Part shown: positions 1 to 10,129 of the stretch, in pieces
Numbering within the stretch: position 1 is the stretch's first letter
How the letters are laid out: each line of letters opens with the position of its first letter
Assembly (NCBI GenBank): GCA_963845185.1
Contig: CAWJRG010000010.1
Coordinates: 224,001-288,000, forward strand
Source: an uncultured bacterium
GTDB taxonomy: Bacteria > Oederibacteriota > PGYV01 > CAWJRG01
Reading direction: 5' to 3'
DNA: 64,000 bases
Notes under the pieces: model-generated
Told to the model about the DNA's origin: nothing
Seen by the model: only the letters and a program-made list of their open reading frames with translations
Database searches by the model: none
Position numbers and translations under genes: made by a program

Positions 1-2372
1 CCCGTAAACCCTGTGGGCGTCGGTTGAAATATAAATTGTGTCCATTCCGCGCTCGGGACGCCGATGTTGGCTGTCAGGGAATATATTCCGTTGCCGACAG
101 GGGACGTGTAATACGGGTTTAAATACTGCCACTGGTCGCCAGAACTGCTTGACCAGTCGTCATAAACAGTAAAAGCCTGCGTCACTGCGCCACTGTTGTT
201 GCATATTACAATGTTAAAAGTAAGCTGGTCTGTGTTAACGATATTTGTTGTTTTGCTGGCTGTTTTTGATATTGTAAAATTCGGCGTAGGTGTAGGCGTC
301 ACTGTGACTGTCGGCGACGCGCATACCACGTTGAAAACTGTCTGGTTTGAGAATTGCGCTGCCGGGCCTCCTGATTGTGTTCCCGAGATGCCTGCTACAT
401 TTGTAAAGCTCTGGTTGCACGCCGAAGTGGATGCCCACCACGTATATGAGCCGCTCTGGTCGCTTATATTTCCAAGGTTCCATGTCAGCATGCTGCCGTT
501 CTGGCTTCCAGCCGGATTTGACCCCTGATATGTCAATCCTGCGGGTATCGTGTCAAAAAGCGCAGTATTTGCCGATACCCTGGTATTGTATGTCATAAAA
601 TTATTATATGAGTCCTGCGTTGTGCCGTCCTGATCGTTTCCCTGCTCGCCTACGCCGGGCCTCCAGTCTGAGTTTGTTCCGCCGTGGTCAGGGCATTCCC
701 AGTTCGGGTCTGTGTTTGATGTAGTGTCTGTCCATGTAAGCTGGTATGCTATCGGTTCAGGCTGGCCCACCTGCCACACTTTTGCCTGGAAAGTAAAGCC
801 GTTTCCGCTTATCAATATTTTTACCCTGTACCATGTGTTGCCTGTTAGGGCAAGTGATGCTGGGTCAACATAAGCGGGCCATGAGCATGTCCCTCCTCCG
901 CATTTCTGTATGCCAACATACCCGCCTGAAGGAGCAGTATCTATTGACAGAAGCAATCCGTATTCGTAACCGGCGTTTCCGGTTAGTCCGTTGCTGCGGA
1001 TTATTATAAATGCGTCCGAGCCTGTATAATTGCCCGGATTTATCATTACATCGGATTCTATTATTCCAGAATTGCACATCTGCACATTCGCTGGCGTCGG
1101 GTCGTCCAAAAGTAAAGCAGGATATTTCATGGGTGCCGAAACACTGCCTGTTATTATCCTGTCGCCTGTGTTGCACGCGTCGCTTATTGTCCATATGCCG
1201 GTCTGACCGCTTCCGTCCATATCAGGAAGGAATTTCCATCCCGGCGGCGGTGAACTGCTGTATGCCCCGTTTGCTGCATCGTCTAACATCCTTATTGCCT
1301 TTAATACATTTCCGTTTATCTGGTAATTCAAATAATATGTTATCGTAACTGTGGAACTTGGCAGTTTTAAAAATGAATTAATGCTTTGTTCTTTGTCCAG
1401 CGACAGTCCAACCGTGCCCACTGTAAGGTTCGCCGTAGACGAGCTGTTGGCTGATCCGTTTGTGCCTGTTGCCGTGTTTGATATTACCGTGCCTGTCGCT
1501 ATTGCGCATGTCATTTGCAGCAAAATCCAGACCGTGCCTGACTTGGTATAAGTCGTGCTCGGCATTGTCCATGACACTGTGCCTGAAGTGGAGCCGAGCG
1601 CAGGAGCGCTCACGCTGCCGCCCGATGGCGCAGGATTCGGGCCGTAGTCAATGAGAGCAAGGCACCCTCCGCCCGGTATCGGGTCGGTTATTGTCGCGCT
1701 TCCGTTGCCATATGTGTAGTCAACCGAGTAAAGCACTTTGTCTCCGACAAGCGCGAGCGTGCCCTGCACGTTCTTGTGCACGCTTACCGACTGCGCCGGC
1801 GTCGGTATCGGCCAGTTTAATGTTTGATAATCGCACACAGGCATAGCGCTGCTCCAACTCATAATGTTATTTTCAAAACCAGCAATCATGTTTAAATTTG
1901 TTATGCTGCTTCCGCATGATGCGCTTCCCATGTCGGCCGCATTCGGCATTGTAAGCGTATACTGTGCTGTTCGCATCATCCCGCTGGTTGAGCCGCCGCA
2001 TTCCGCGCAATTAGGGAGAAAGGGGCTTGGTATGGGTATATTGTAGCCTATATTTCCCGCCGGATTCGGATTTGTCGAATGGACATCAATGCCAAGATTG
2101 CTTACCAGGAATACCTGGCCCGCTGTGTTTATTGCTTGCGGCGTGCTGCTTGTGCTTATTGCGACATCCAGGGCTCCGGCGTTATACTGGTCTATGCAAT
2201 ATGAAATATTAAGCTCGAATTGCTGCCCCCATCCTGGATTCGTAGGATTCATTGTTGCCGAGATTATGCCGTCAGCTTCTAATATGGAAGGCATAAACAG
2301 GAATGATAAAATGATAAGGAATAAACTTCCGGTTTTTACCGCTTCTATTTTTTTATCTGTCATCGTTTTCAT
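1..2372 (-). CDS. Large secreted protein with DUF11-like domains and Thr/Pro linker; paralog of the gene starting at 9015; runs off the left edge
   Basis: Not in the ORF track because it is truncated. ATG at 2372 after AGGAG; reads MKTMTDKKIEAVKTGSLFLIILSFLFMPSILEA-DGIISATMNPTNPGWGQQF..., collinear with the 9015 protein (PANPGWGQ, CxxCGGS, GQPEPxAYQL, TQDSYNNF, FSNQT). Confidence 0.85.
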   Translation of the reverse strand, partial: MKTMTDKKIEAVKTGSLFLIILSFLFMPSILEADGIISATMNPTNPGWGQQFELNISYCIDQYNAGALDVAISTSSTPQAINTAGQVFLVSNLGIDVHSTNPNPAGNIGYNIPIPSPFLPNCAECGGSTSGMMRTAQYTLTMPNAADMGSASCGSSITNLNMIAGFENNIMSWSSAMPVCDYQTLNWPIPTPAQSVSVHKNVQGTLALVGDKVLYSVDYTYGNGSATITDPIPGGGCLALIDYGPNPAPSGGSVSAPALGSTSGTVSWTMPSTTYTKSGTVWILLQMTCAIATGTVISNTATGTNGSANSSSTANLTVGTVGLSLDKEQSINSFLKLPSSTVTITYYLNYQINGNVLKAIRMLDDAANGAYSSSPPPGWKFLPDMDGSGQTGIWTISDACNTGDRIITGSVSAPMKYPALLLDDPTPANVQMCNSGIIESDVMINPGNYTGSDAFIIIRSNGLTGNAGYEYGLLLSIDTAPSGGYVGIQKCGGGTCSWPAYVDPASLALTGNTWYRVKILISGNGFTFQAKVWQVGQPEPIAYQLTWTDTTSNTDPNWECPDHGGTNSDWRPGVGEQGNDQDGTTQDSYNNFMTYNTRVSANTALFDTIPAGLTYQGSNPAGSQNGSMLTWNLGNISDQSGSYTWWASTSACNQSFTNVAGISGTQSGGPAAQFSNQTVFNVVCASPTVTVTPTPTPNFTISKTASKTTNIVNTDQLTFNIVICNNSGAVTQAFTVYDDWSSSSGDQWQYLNPYYTSPVGNGIYSLTANIGVPSAEWTQFIFQPTPTGFT

Positions 2373-2422
2373 ATTTCACTTTCTCCTTTAGCGCTCCCTG
2401 CCTTAATTCAACCCTATGCCCT

Positions 2423-2451
2423 TTAGACAATTTATTTCTGTTTTTGTTCCA
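2423..2451 (-). promoter_or_regulatory. Putative ECF sigma promoter TGGAAC-N17-GTCTAA
   Basis: Minus strand TGGAACAAAAACAGAAATAAATTGTCTAA, ~50 nt upstream of the ATG; same motif at three other genes of the locus. Confidence 0.8.
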
Positions 2452-2522
2452 ACTATTTTGATTAATTTTAGTCCCACATAACCCTTAATATTCAACGGAA
2501 CCCTATATTTCCACATAAAAAT

Positions 2523-2556
2523 AAAAATCCGCGAAACATTTTAGCCGCGGATTTTT
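2523..2556 (-). terminator. Intrinsic terminator after the GH8 gene (possibly bidirectional)
   Basis: AAAAATCCGCG-N12-CGCGGATTTTT inverted repeat flanked by A/T tracts. Confidence 0.75.
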
Positions 2557-2688
2557 GCCTTTATCCCTTCCCTCCCGTAAGATAATTTTCAATTTCCAAT
2601 TTTCAATTATTTTCAATTTTATTAACAACCTTCAATTTCTTTAAGCCTTTCAATCCAAAAATCTACATTCTTAAATCTAAAACTATAT

Positions 2689-5600
2689 TTATCTTATAAC
2701 CGCCACTTTTTCTTTTCTTTCGCATTTGCCGAGTTTCATGTAAAGCAAATATATGCCCGAACTTACTGTCTGGCCATTGTCATTGGTCCCATCCCACGAA
2801 ATATCCCAATCCCCGTTTTCCCGGTCTTCTGCAATTGTTTTTACCAAAATGCCGTTCCTGTTATAAACCTTTATAACCACATCCATCTGTGTATAAAGCG
2901 AATAATGTATTGCCAGGTATTTGCCCAGCCCCGGGTAAATAATATTCTGGAAAAGTGTTAAAGTCTGGCACGGCGACTGGTTCGCCGGCGGCGCGCCGAC
3001 ACTCACAGGCGTCGCTGTTATTGTAACTGTTGCAGTCAAAGTTGCAGTAGTGACAGGCGGCGTGGCCATTGTCTGCGTAATAGTGGCTGTCTCCAATTGC
3101 GTCAATTCAGGCGTAAAGGTGGTTGTTGCCGATTGCGTTATTGCCATGGTTGCCGTATCTACCGGCGTATTTGTCGATGTAGCTGTTGTTGTCGCGCATG
3201 TGAACAGGTTGCTCGACGCTGACGCGCTGGTCATCACTGCTCCGTTAACAGCGTCTGTTCCGCTTGCAGTCCCGCTGAATGTCATATTGTTGCATATTAC
3301 AATATTATATACCCAGGTAAATGAGGCTCCTGAACCCGCTGCAATCGGTGTGCTCGCAGGGCTTACCCCGGAAACAATAACAGCAGCTCCCCCGCCGGAT
3401 TGTGATAAACTTGACGGCACCACGTTATTTGCTGTATTTGTTCCTGTATTTATCACCTGCATCACAACTGTTATATCCTCTTCGGACGAGGCACTCGCCG
3501 GCAGTATGGTAATACTGCTTATTGTAAGATTTATCGCTATTGTTGGTGTTGTTGTCAATGTCATTGTAGGCGACTGCGTCATTGGCATGGTTATCGTGTT
3601 TGTAGGAAACGGCGTGCATGTGGATGTGCCTGTGCCAAATACCGGAGTCAATGTAATGGTCACCGTGCATGTAGGCGTAACAGTAAAAGTCGATGTACTT
3701 GTAATATTCGGCGTGGCTGTCCATGACATTGCCGGCGTGTATGTCGGCGTTACTGTAAATGTGCATATGCAGGGCGGCGGGGTAAATGTCGGGGTTACTG
3801 TGCGCGTCGATATTGGCGTCGGCGTCCATCCCAGGCTCGGATAAAACCCCACGTCGTCTATTGATAAATCAACACCATGCCCGAAATCATATGTCTGCCA
3901 GTTTATCTGCAGCAGGTTTTGCAATACCAGCGTTAAGCTTACGCTTGTCCCCCATCCTGTTTCCTGCGTCAGGTCCGAAAACGGTATCTGCATTTGCGAC
4001 CATACAGTCGGCGGGAGAAATGTATATTTATAGTCGTTGGATCCTGTGCTTGTAACCGATGCCGGCGCAATAAACCTGATGCTGTACTGATGAATCCCGT
4101 CTCCTTTTACTGCCATTATAAATCCGGTAAAACCGCTGACATCCCTTGTTGTAATAGTGCTCGCGTCAACATTTGTCCCAAGGCCGACGTATGGATCAGT
4201 TTCTGCCGCCGGGCAATTAGGCGCGTTGTTGCAGCTGGCCGGACAATATGTTATATAAACATATCCGGTTACCCTGGCGCAATACGCCGTGCCGTACGGG
4301 CTTCCTGCCCAGCCGGGTGATGACATTACAAACGTTGCGCCTTGCTTTGGCCATACCGTGGTTGTATCATTTGCGCAAGTTGTTGTGCCGTAATACGAAT
4401 ACCACATGCCTCCCCAGTTATTTATCGCATTCCCATCCTCAAATGAATCAAGCAATGCCACTGGAACCAAATGCGTTGCTGTCGGCGTAAATGTCGGCGT
4501 CGCGCACATGCAGGTATCCCTTAAATCCCAAAGATTCCCTGTCATTAAAAGCAGAGACAATATCTGCCACGAGTCGGTGTAAAATGAGTTCGGCGCAAAA
4601 CTTCCTGTTTCTGTGCAGTAATTATTCAGGACTGACTGGTAACTTCCTGTCGCATTCCTCATGAAAGAACACCCTATGGGCCCTGTGAAACAGGCGTTGT
4701 GATTGGTTCCAATTATATTTCCGCTTGATACTGTATATCCGTCCTCTATTGCCGTGGCTGATACCCCGCTGAAAAATCCTGATATGTCCGCCTGTTCAGA
4801 CCCGGTGTCTACTCCATTCCACGAATAATATAACTCGAATTTCCATGGCACCCTGCATGAATTATATAAATAATCCAACCCGTTGCATGGGCCGTTTCCT
4901 CCGCTGCTGCACGGGTCTCCGTTCTCCACTGCGCCTCCCGACAAACACGAATCTCCTATCAGCCCGTTTGCCGGGTTCCTCGTTGCTCCCGCCATCCATG
5001 CAATCATTGAAGCCAACACGCTGTTCCATTTAGCCGAGTTTGTCGTGTCTACGTTTGCCCATATATAATAATATGCAGGGTCCCAGTATGACGGGTAATA
5101 CCATGTATTCCATTGGTCCCCCGGGTTTACGGCAGAGTTACCTGAATCTACGTCGTGTGCCAAAACATACCCTTCTTCCGTAATTGCCTGGGTTAATATG
5201 CTTGCATCGCTGTTGCCCGGCGACGGCCCAAATTGCCACGCTGCCATTAACACAGAAAATGCTATATCTTCGTCACCATCTGTTTCTGAATCTGCCGGGC
5301 TTGCTTTGTTGCTTCCGTCTGAATTCAGGTTCCATACCATGAGATTGTTTGAATCAAGATGAAATTGCATATAACTCCATAAATTATTAAATGTCGTCGC
5401 GTCTCCAAAATATACCGCCATCAGCATCCCGTATCCTATTCCCTCTGAAGTTGTGTCATTGCTCTGGTCCGGCCTCATCACCCGCTCGTAACCGTTGGCC
5501 CCGGAAGTCGAAATGTAATGTACCTTCCACGTGTTGTACAGGTTTAACAGGTTTGTATTGTTGTAACTTGTCGAGTATATCCCGTATGGATATGCATGGT

Positions 5601-5739
5601 TTATCGGAAATGGGAAATTGGCGTTTGTGTTGGTGATTATATTTGCGCCAAATGCCTGGCAGGACAGGATAATTATAAAAAACAGGAATATTCCTGCTTT
5701 TTTTATTGCTCTGGCCTCTTTATAGGTTTTTATATTCAT
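2689..5739 (-). CDS. Secreted glycoside hydrolase family 8 with CBM11/CIA30-like module, Thr/Pro linkers, Ig-like domain and FlgD-Ig-like CTD
   Basis: Signal peptide; GH8 motifs TTSEGIGYGML, TDGDEDIA, PSYWDPAYY; LLDSFEDG...WYSY...VKGDG binding module; CTD IKVYNRNG...WDGTNDNGQTVSSGIY...KVAVIR. Confidence 0.9.
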   Translation of the reverse strand: MNIKTYKEARAIKKAGIFLFFIIILSCQAFGANIITNTNANFPFPINHAYPYGIYSTSYNNTNLLNLYNTWKVHYISTSGANGYERVMRPDQSNDTTSEGIGYGMLMAVYFGDATTFNNLWSYMQFHLDSNNLMVWNLNSDGSNKASPADSETDGDEDIAFSVLMAAWQFGPSPGNSDASILTQAITEEGYVLAHDVDSGNSAVNPGDQWNTWYYPSYWDPAYYYIWANVDTTNSAKWNSVLASMIAWMAGATRNPANGLIGDSCLSGGAVENGDPCSSGGNGPCNGLDYLYNSCRVPWKFELYYSWNGVDTGSEQADISGFFSGVSATAIEDGYTVSSGNIIGTNHNACFTGPIGCSFMRNATGSYQSVLNNYCTETGSFAPNSFYTDSWQILSLLLMTGNLWDLRDTCMCATPTFTPTATHLVPVALLDSFEDGNAINNWGGMWYSYYGTTTCANDTTTVWPKQGATFVMSSPGWAGSPYGTAYCARVTGYVYITYCPASCNNAPNCPAAETDPYVGLGTNVDASTITTRDVSGFTGFIMAVKGDGIHQYSIRFIAPASVTSTGSNDYKYTFLPPTVWSQMQIPFSDLTQETGWGTSVSLTLVLQNLLQINWQTYDFGHGVDLSIDDVGFYPSLGWTPTPISTRTVTPTFTPPPCICTFTVTPTYTPAMSWTATPNITSTSTFTVTPTCTVTITLTPVFGTGTSTCTPFPTNTITMPMTQSPTMTLTTTPTIAINLTISSITILPASASSEEDITVVMQVINTGTNTANNVVPSSLSQSGGGAAVIVSGVSPASTPIAAGSGASFTWVYNIVICNNMTFSGTASGTDAVNGAVMTSASASSNLFTCATTTATSTNTPVDTATMAITQSATTTFTPELTQLETATITQTMATPPVTTATLTATVTITATPVSVGAPPANQSPCQTLTLFQNIIYPGLGKYLAIHYSLYTQMDVVIKVYNRNGILVKTIAEDRENGDWDISWDGTNDNGQTVSSGIYLLYMKLGKCERKEKVAVIR

Positions 5740-5786
5740 ATTTCACTCTTTCCTTAACGTTTCGGCTGTATTTAACTCAATACTAT

Positions 5787-5815
5787 TTAGACAATTTTAA
5801 ATTATTTTTGTTCCA
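5787..5815 (-). promoter_or_regulatory. Putative ECF sigma promoter TGGAAC-N17-GTCTAA
   Basis: Minus strand TGGAACAAAAATAATTTAAAATTGTCTAA upstream of the GH8 gene. Confidence 0.8.
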
Positions 5816-5869
5816 ATTTTTTCCATTTATTTACATGCAAAAATCTGCATTCTAAAATCTAAAGCTATA

Positions 5870-8800
5870 TTATCTTATAACCGCCACTTTTTCCGTTCTT
5901 TCGCACTGGCCGAGTTTCATGTAAAGCAAATATATGCCCGAACTTACTGTCTGGCCGCTGTCATTGGTACCGTCCCAGGCAATATTTATATCCCCGTTTT
6001 CCTGGTCGTCCGCGGCTGTTTTTACCAGGGTGCCGTTCCTGTTGTAAACCTTAATAACCACGGCCATCTGCTTATAAAGCGAGTAATGAATGGACATGTA
6101 TTTGCCTTCTCCCGGATAAATAATATTCTGTAGCAATGCTATTGACTGGCACGGCATTTGTTCGTTCGGCGGCGTAGGTTCAACCACAAGCGTCGGCGTA
6201 ATTGTGGGCGTTACTGTTGCCGTAAAAATTACAGGGGTACTTGTCAGCGTGGCCATTGTCTGCGTAATTGTTGCCGTCGGTGGCTGCGTCAATACTGATG
6301 TAAAAGTGTTTGTCGGTGTGCATATTGTAAAGGACGCGCTGGACATTGTCCCTGCGCTGTCCATGGCAGTGTTTGTAATATTGTCTGTGTCTGATATTAC
6401 TATGCCTGTCCAGGTCACAGAGCCCTTGTTTCCCGGCGCAAGCGCGGTATAAGTCCAGTTTATGACATTGCCTGTATTATTTCCGCCGCCGCTTATTTCC
6501 GACACATTCATTTGCGCCGGTATGGAATCCCATACTGTATAATTATTTATTGTAACCGCGCCAACATTAATAAAACTTATGCTGTAAGTCACCATATCGT
6601 TCAAAGCCGCGCAAGCAGCGCTTGCTGTTTTTGTCATTGATGTGGCTGCATTACCTGATATGGCCTGTGTAATTGTGACCGTCGGCGTAACTGTCATGGT
6701 TGCCGTATCCATGAAAGTCGCTGTCCATATCATGGTCGGTGACAGCGTCGGCGTGAATGTCAATGTTTCGGTTGATGTTATCCATATTATGGTATTCGTA
6801 TATGTCGGAGTAACAGTAGCAGTTGATGCACTTGTAACCACAGGCGTCGCTGTTGTCGTCACTTGTGGAGTCGATGTTATGGTCATGGTAAATGTCGGTG
6901 TCGCAGTGAACGAAGGTGTGGCAGTACTCGTGAATGTCGGCGAAATGCATAATACATTGAATGCTGTCTGGTTTGAAAATGCCGCGACCGGGTCCCGGCG
7001 CCCAATCCGGCAATACCGGCGACATTTGTAAAGCTCTGGCCGCACGCCGATGTCGTTGCCCACCAGGTATATGACCCGCTCTGGTCTGTTATGCTGCCCG
7101 GTGTCCAGTTTACCATGCCACCTGACAATGTTCCTGCCGGGTTTGAACCCTGATACGTCAGCCCTGTTGGTACCGTATCATATACTGTTGTGTTTGCCGG
7201 TGTCCTTGGTATTAATACAAAGAAATTATTATATGAATCCTGCGTGCTGCCGTCCTGGTCGTTTCCCTGCTCGACTACACCCGGCCTCCAGTCTGTATAT
7301 GTAGCGCCTGCGCCGCAGTTAAAATCAGTGGTTGCCGCGCCTGTGTCTGTCCAAGCGAGCTGGTACGCTGTCGGCTCAGGCTGGCCAACTGCCCACACCT
7401 TTGACTGGAACACATAATCATTGCCGTTTTGTGTCATCCATGTCTTTGTCCTGTACCATGTATTTGCGGTTAATGTCAGCCCTGTCGGATTTGCCGCTGC
7501 CGGCCAATTGCATGAACCCGAGCCTGTGCCCTGGCATTTCTGATAAGCTATATAACCGTTTGCCGGAGCCGTGTCCAATGATAATATCAGGCTGTATTCC
7601 CGTAAATTTGTATCTGTATAACCATTGCTCCGTAAAATTATCAGGGCATCAGCTCCCGGGTAATCGCCGGGATTAATCATGGCGTCTGCTTCAACTATGC
7701 CCGTGCATACCTGAACATTGGCAGGAGCCATGTCGTCCAAAAGCAGCCCCGGATACATCGCATTTCCTGTAACACTTCCTGTTATAATTCTATCGCCTGT
7801 TCCGCATGTATCTGATATAGTCCACGTGCCGTTATATGTTCCCTGAGGCAGGAATTTCCATCCCAGCGGCGGCGAGCTTGAATATGACCCTGTTGCAGTA
7901 TCGTCAAACATCCTTACTGCCTCGAGCCGGTCGCCGTCTATCTGGTAGTCCAAATAATATGTTATTGTCACCAAATCGCCTGGCAGTTTCATAAATGTAT
8001 TAATGCTCTGTGTTTTCTGTAATGCAAGCGAAGAACTGCCAATTGTAAGTGACGCCGTAGATGAGGCTACTGCCGCACCGTTCGTACCCGTGGCTGTGTT
8101 TGCTATTACCGTGCCTGTCGCTATCGAGCACGTCATCTGCAACAGCATCCATACTGTTCCGCTTGTGTTGTAGGTTGAGCTCGGCATTGTCCATTGTAAT
8201 GTGCCTGATGTTGAGCCTGTTGCAGGTGCTGATACGCTGCCTCCTAAAGGCGCAGGGTTTGGGCCGTAATCAACAAGCGCCAGGCATCCTCCGCCCGGCA
8301 TTGGTTCGCTTATTATGGCAGTGCCGTTGCCATATGTATAATCAACTGCGTAAAGCACCAGGTCTCCAACCTGCGCCAGCGTGCCTTCAACCCTATTATT
8401 AACGCTCACCGAGTATGCCCCCGGCGTAGGCAATGGCCATGACACTACGGTCATTTCACAGCCGGTTAAAGCAGGCCAGCCTCCCGATGAACCTTCGAGG
8501 TCATACTCTGCCGTGCCTACAAGTAAATAAAGTGTGTTTACGCTGCACGCTGATGAGTCAAGGTCGCTTTGATTTGGCATTGTAAGGTTATATTGCAGTG
8601 TGCGTAATCCGCCGTTTGAACCCCCGCAATCAGTGCATGAGTCCTCATTATATGCGACATTTGACACTGCCTCATACCCAAGTTCCCCTCCCTGCCATAA
8701 ATTCTGATATGTGCTTTTAACATTTACTCCGCCCACGCCGACAAGAAAAATCTGCTTTCCCGAACCCGGCGTTGATGGCGTGTTCTGAGTGCTGATTGCC

Positions 8801-9015
8801 ACAGCTATGTATGCACCCCCGCTGTCCTCATCGCATATCTGCATTGTCAGGATAAAATCCTGCCCCCATCCGGGATTTGCAGGGGACATTGATATGGACT
8901 CGATTTTGGGCCCTGCTGCATATATTGCTGTATATAATATGGAAATAAACGCTGATAATATTAGAATTATTTTTATTGCAGTTGTTTTATCTAGTTTTCC
9001 TGCGGCCTTTCTCAT
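5870..9015 (-). CDS. Large secreted DUF11-type protein with Thr/Pro linkers and FlgD-Ig-like CTD; one gene split by a 1-nt frameshift near 6995
   Basis: ORFs 6883..9015 and 5870..7063 join when one G is added to the GGG run at 6994-6996, giving GIAGLGAGDPVAAFSNQT, which aligns ungapped with the paralog GISGTQSGGPAAQFSNQT. Confidence 0.85.
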
Positions 9016-9061
9016 CTTTCTTTCTCCTCAATGCCCCCTCCTTTATTTGCTCACTACCCTT

Positions 9062-9090
9062 TTGGACAATTTATATGTTTTTTTGTTCCA
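9062..9090 (-). promoter_or_regulatory. Putative ECF sigma promoter TGGAAC-N17-GTCCAA
   Basis: Minus strand TGGAACAAAAAAACATATAAATTGTCCAA upstream of the 9015 start. Confidence 0.8.
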
Positions 9091-9120
9091 GTTTTTATTA
9101 ATCCTGAATTTGCAGTGTTC

Positions 9121-10026
9121 CTAAAAATTCCAGTCCAGGCTTAGCCTGTGCGTGTCGCCCAGGTTGCCAAAAGGCTGGTAAGCGTATGACAGCATTGCCT
9201 TTTTTTCTATCAGGAACCCGAGGCCTACCGATAAATTATTGTCGCTGTGCCGCAGCCCGAACCCCATCCTCAAATATACGATGTGATAAAAACCGCCTTC
9301 AACGCCCATGTCGAGAGTGGGCAGGTCATTGCTCACCATCAGCCTGTTTACGTCCAGGGCGGCGGTCAAATCAAAAAAATCAGTAAAGGTGTTTTTTAAC
9401 CCGAACCCGGCTTTTAAGTTCAATGGCAGGGTGTCCGGCACGCTGATATACGCAGTCTGGTACCCTATATTCTGCAGCGCCAGCCCGATAAAAGTGTCGG
9501 GATTGCTGTTCAGTTTCATCAGCATTCCCGCGTCCGCGGCAATGCCTTTTTTTGAATATTTATAAAGCTGGCTGAAAAAATATTTTAAATTCGCGCCTGC
9601 GGAAATGCCAGGCGCCAGTTCATAACCGTATGATGCAGTCAGCAGCATGTCGTAATTGTTCACTTTCCCCACTACGTTTCCGAAGCTGTCAATCTGGTCA
9701 AAATTATAAGTGCTGTCAAATAAAAGGCTTGCCCCAAACGTGCCGAGTTTCACGCCGCACGGCATTGCATAGCTTAAATATTCATAATCGGTGTCGACAA
9801 AAGAGGCAAAATGGGTAAGTGATATGGTTGATTTTGATACGTATGCCAGGCCAGCGGGGTTAAAAAGCGGGCCGTTTGAATCGTCGGCAATAGCGCAGAA
9901 AGCGTCGCTCATGGCAGCCGTACGCGCCGGAGGTTCTATCCTTAAAAAATCAGGGCCTACTGTCCCTGTCGCTAATACCAGGCACGGCAGGATAATAAGC
10001 GCTGTAACCGCGGAAAACTTTTTCAT
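9121..10026 (-). CDS. PorV/PorQ-family outer membrane beta-barrel
   Basis: Signal peptide; FLRIEPPARTAAMSDAF, FNPAGLA, LPLNLKAG and terminal YAYQPFGNLGDTHRLSLDWNF match the PorV-like pattern. Confidence 0.8.
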   Translation of the reverse strand: MKKFSAVTALIILPCLVLATGTVGPDFLRIEPPARTAAMSDAFCAIADDSNGPLFNPAGLAYVSKSTISLTHFASFVDTDYEYLSYAMPCGVKLGTFGASLLFDSTYNFDQIDSFGNVVGKVNNYDMLLTASYGYELAPGISAGANLKYFFSQLYKYSKKGIAADAGMLMKLNSNPDTFIGLALQNIGYQTAYISVPDTLPLNLKAGFGLKNTFTDFFDLTAALDVNRLMVSNDLPTLDMGVEGGFYHIVYLRMGFGLRHSDNNLSVGLGFLIEKKAMLSYAYQPFGNLGDTHRLSLDWNF

Positions 10027-10129
10027 TCAGTATAGCTCCCCATGGGATTCAACGTTGTACGGGCTTGGAACCGGTTATTGCAAAATAAATTTTTTGTATC
10101 TGCCCTTGATAAGGATTATTCTACCAGAT

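Noticed and set aside
2656..6160. CTD repeat pair as a diversity-generating retroelement TR/VR
   Set aside because: Both copies are coding gene ends, mismatches are not adenine-restricted, and there is no reverse transcriptase in the window.
6980..7010. Programmed ribosomal frameshift in the secreted protein gene
   Set aside because: No slippery heptamer; the paralog is continuous; similar indels occur in three unrelated genes.
3050..7031. Plus-strand Val/Gly-rich ORFs (3050..3844, 6204..6452, 6642..7031; also 196..528)
   Set aside because: Antisense shadows of Thr/Pro linker codons in the real minus-strand genes.
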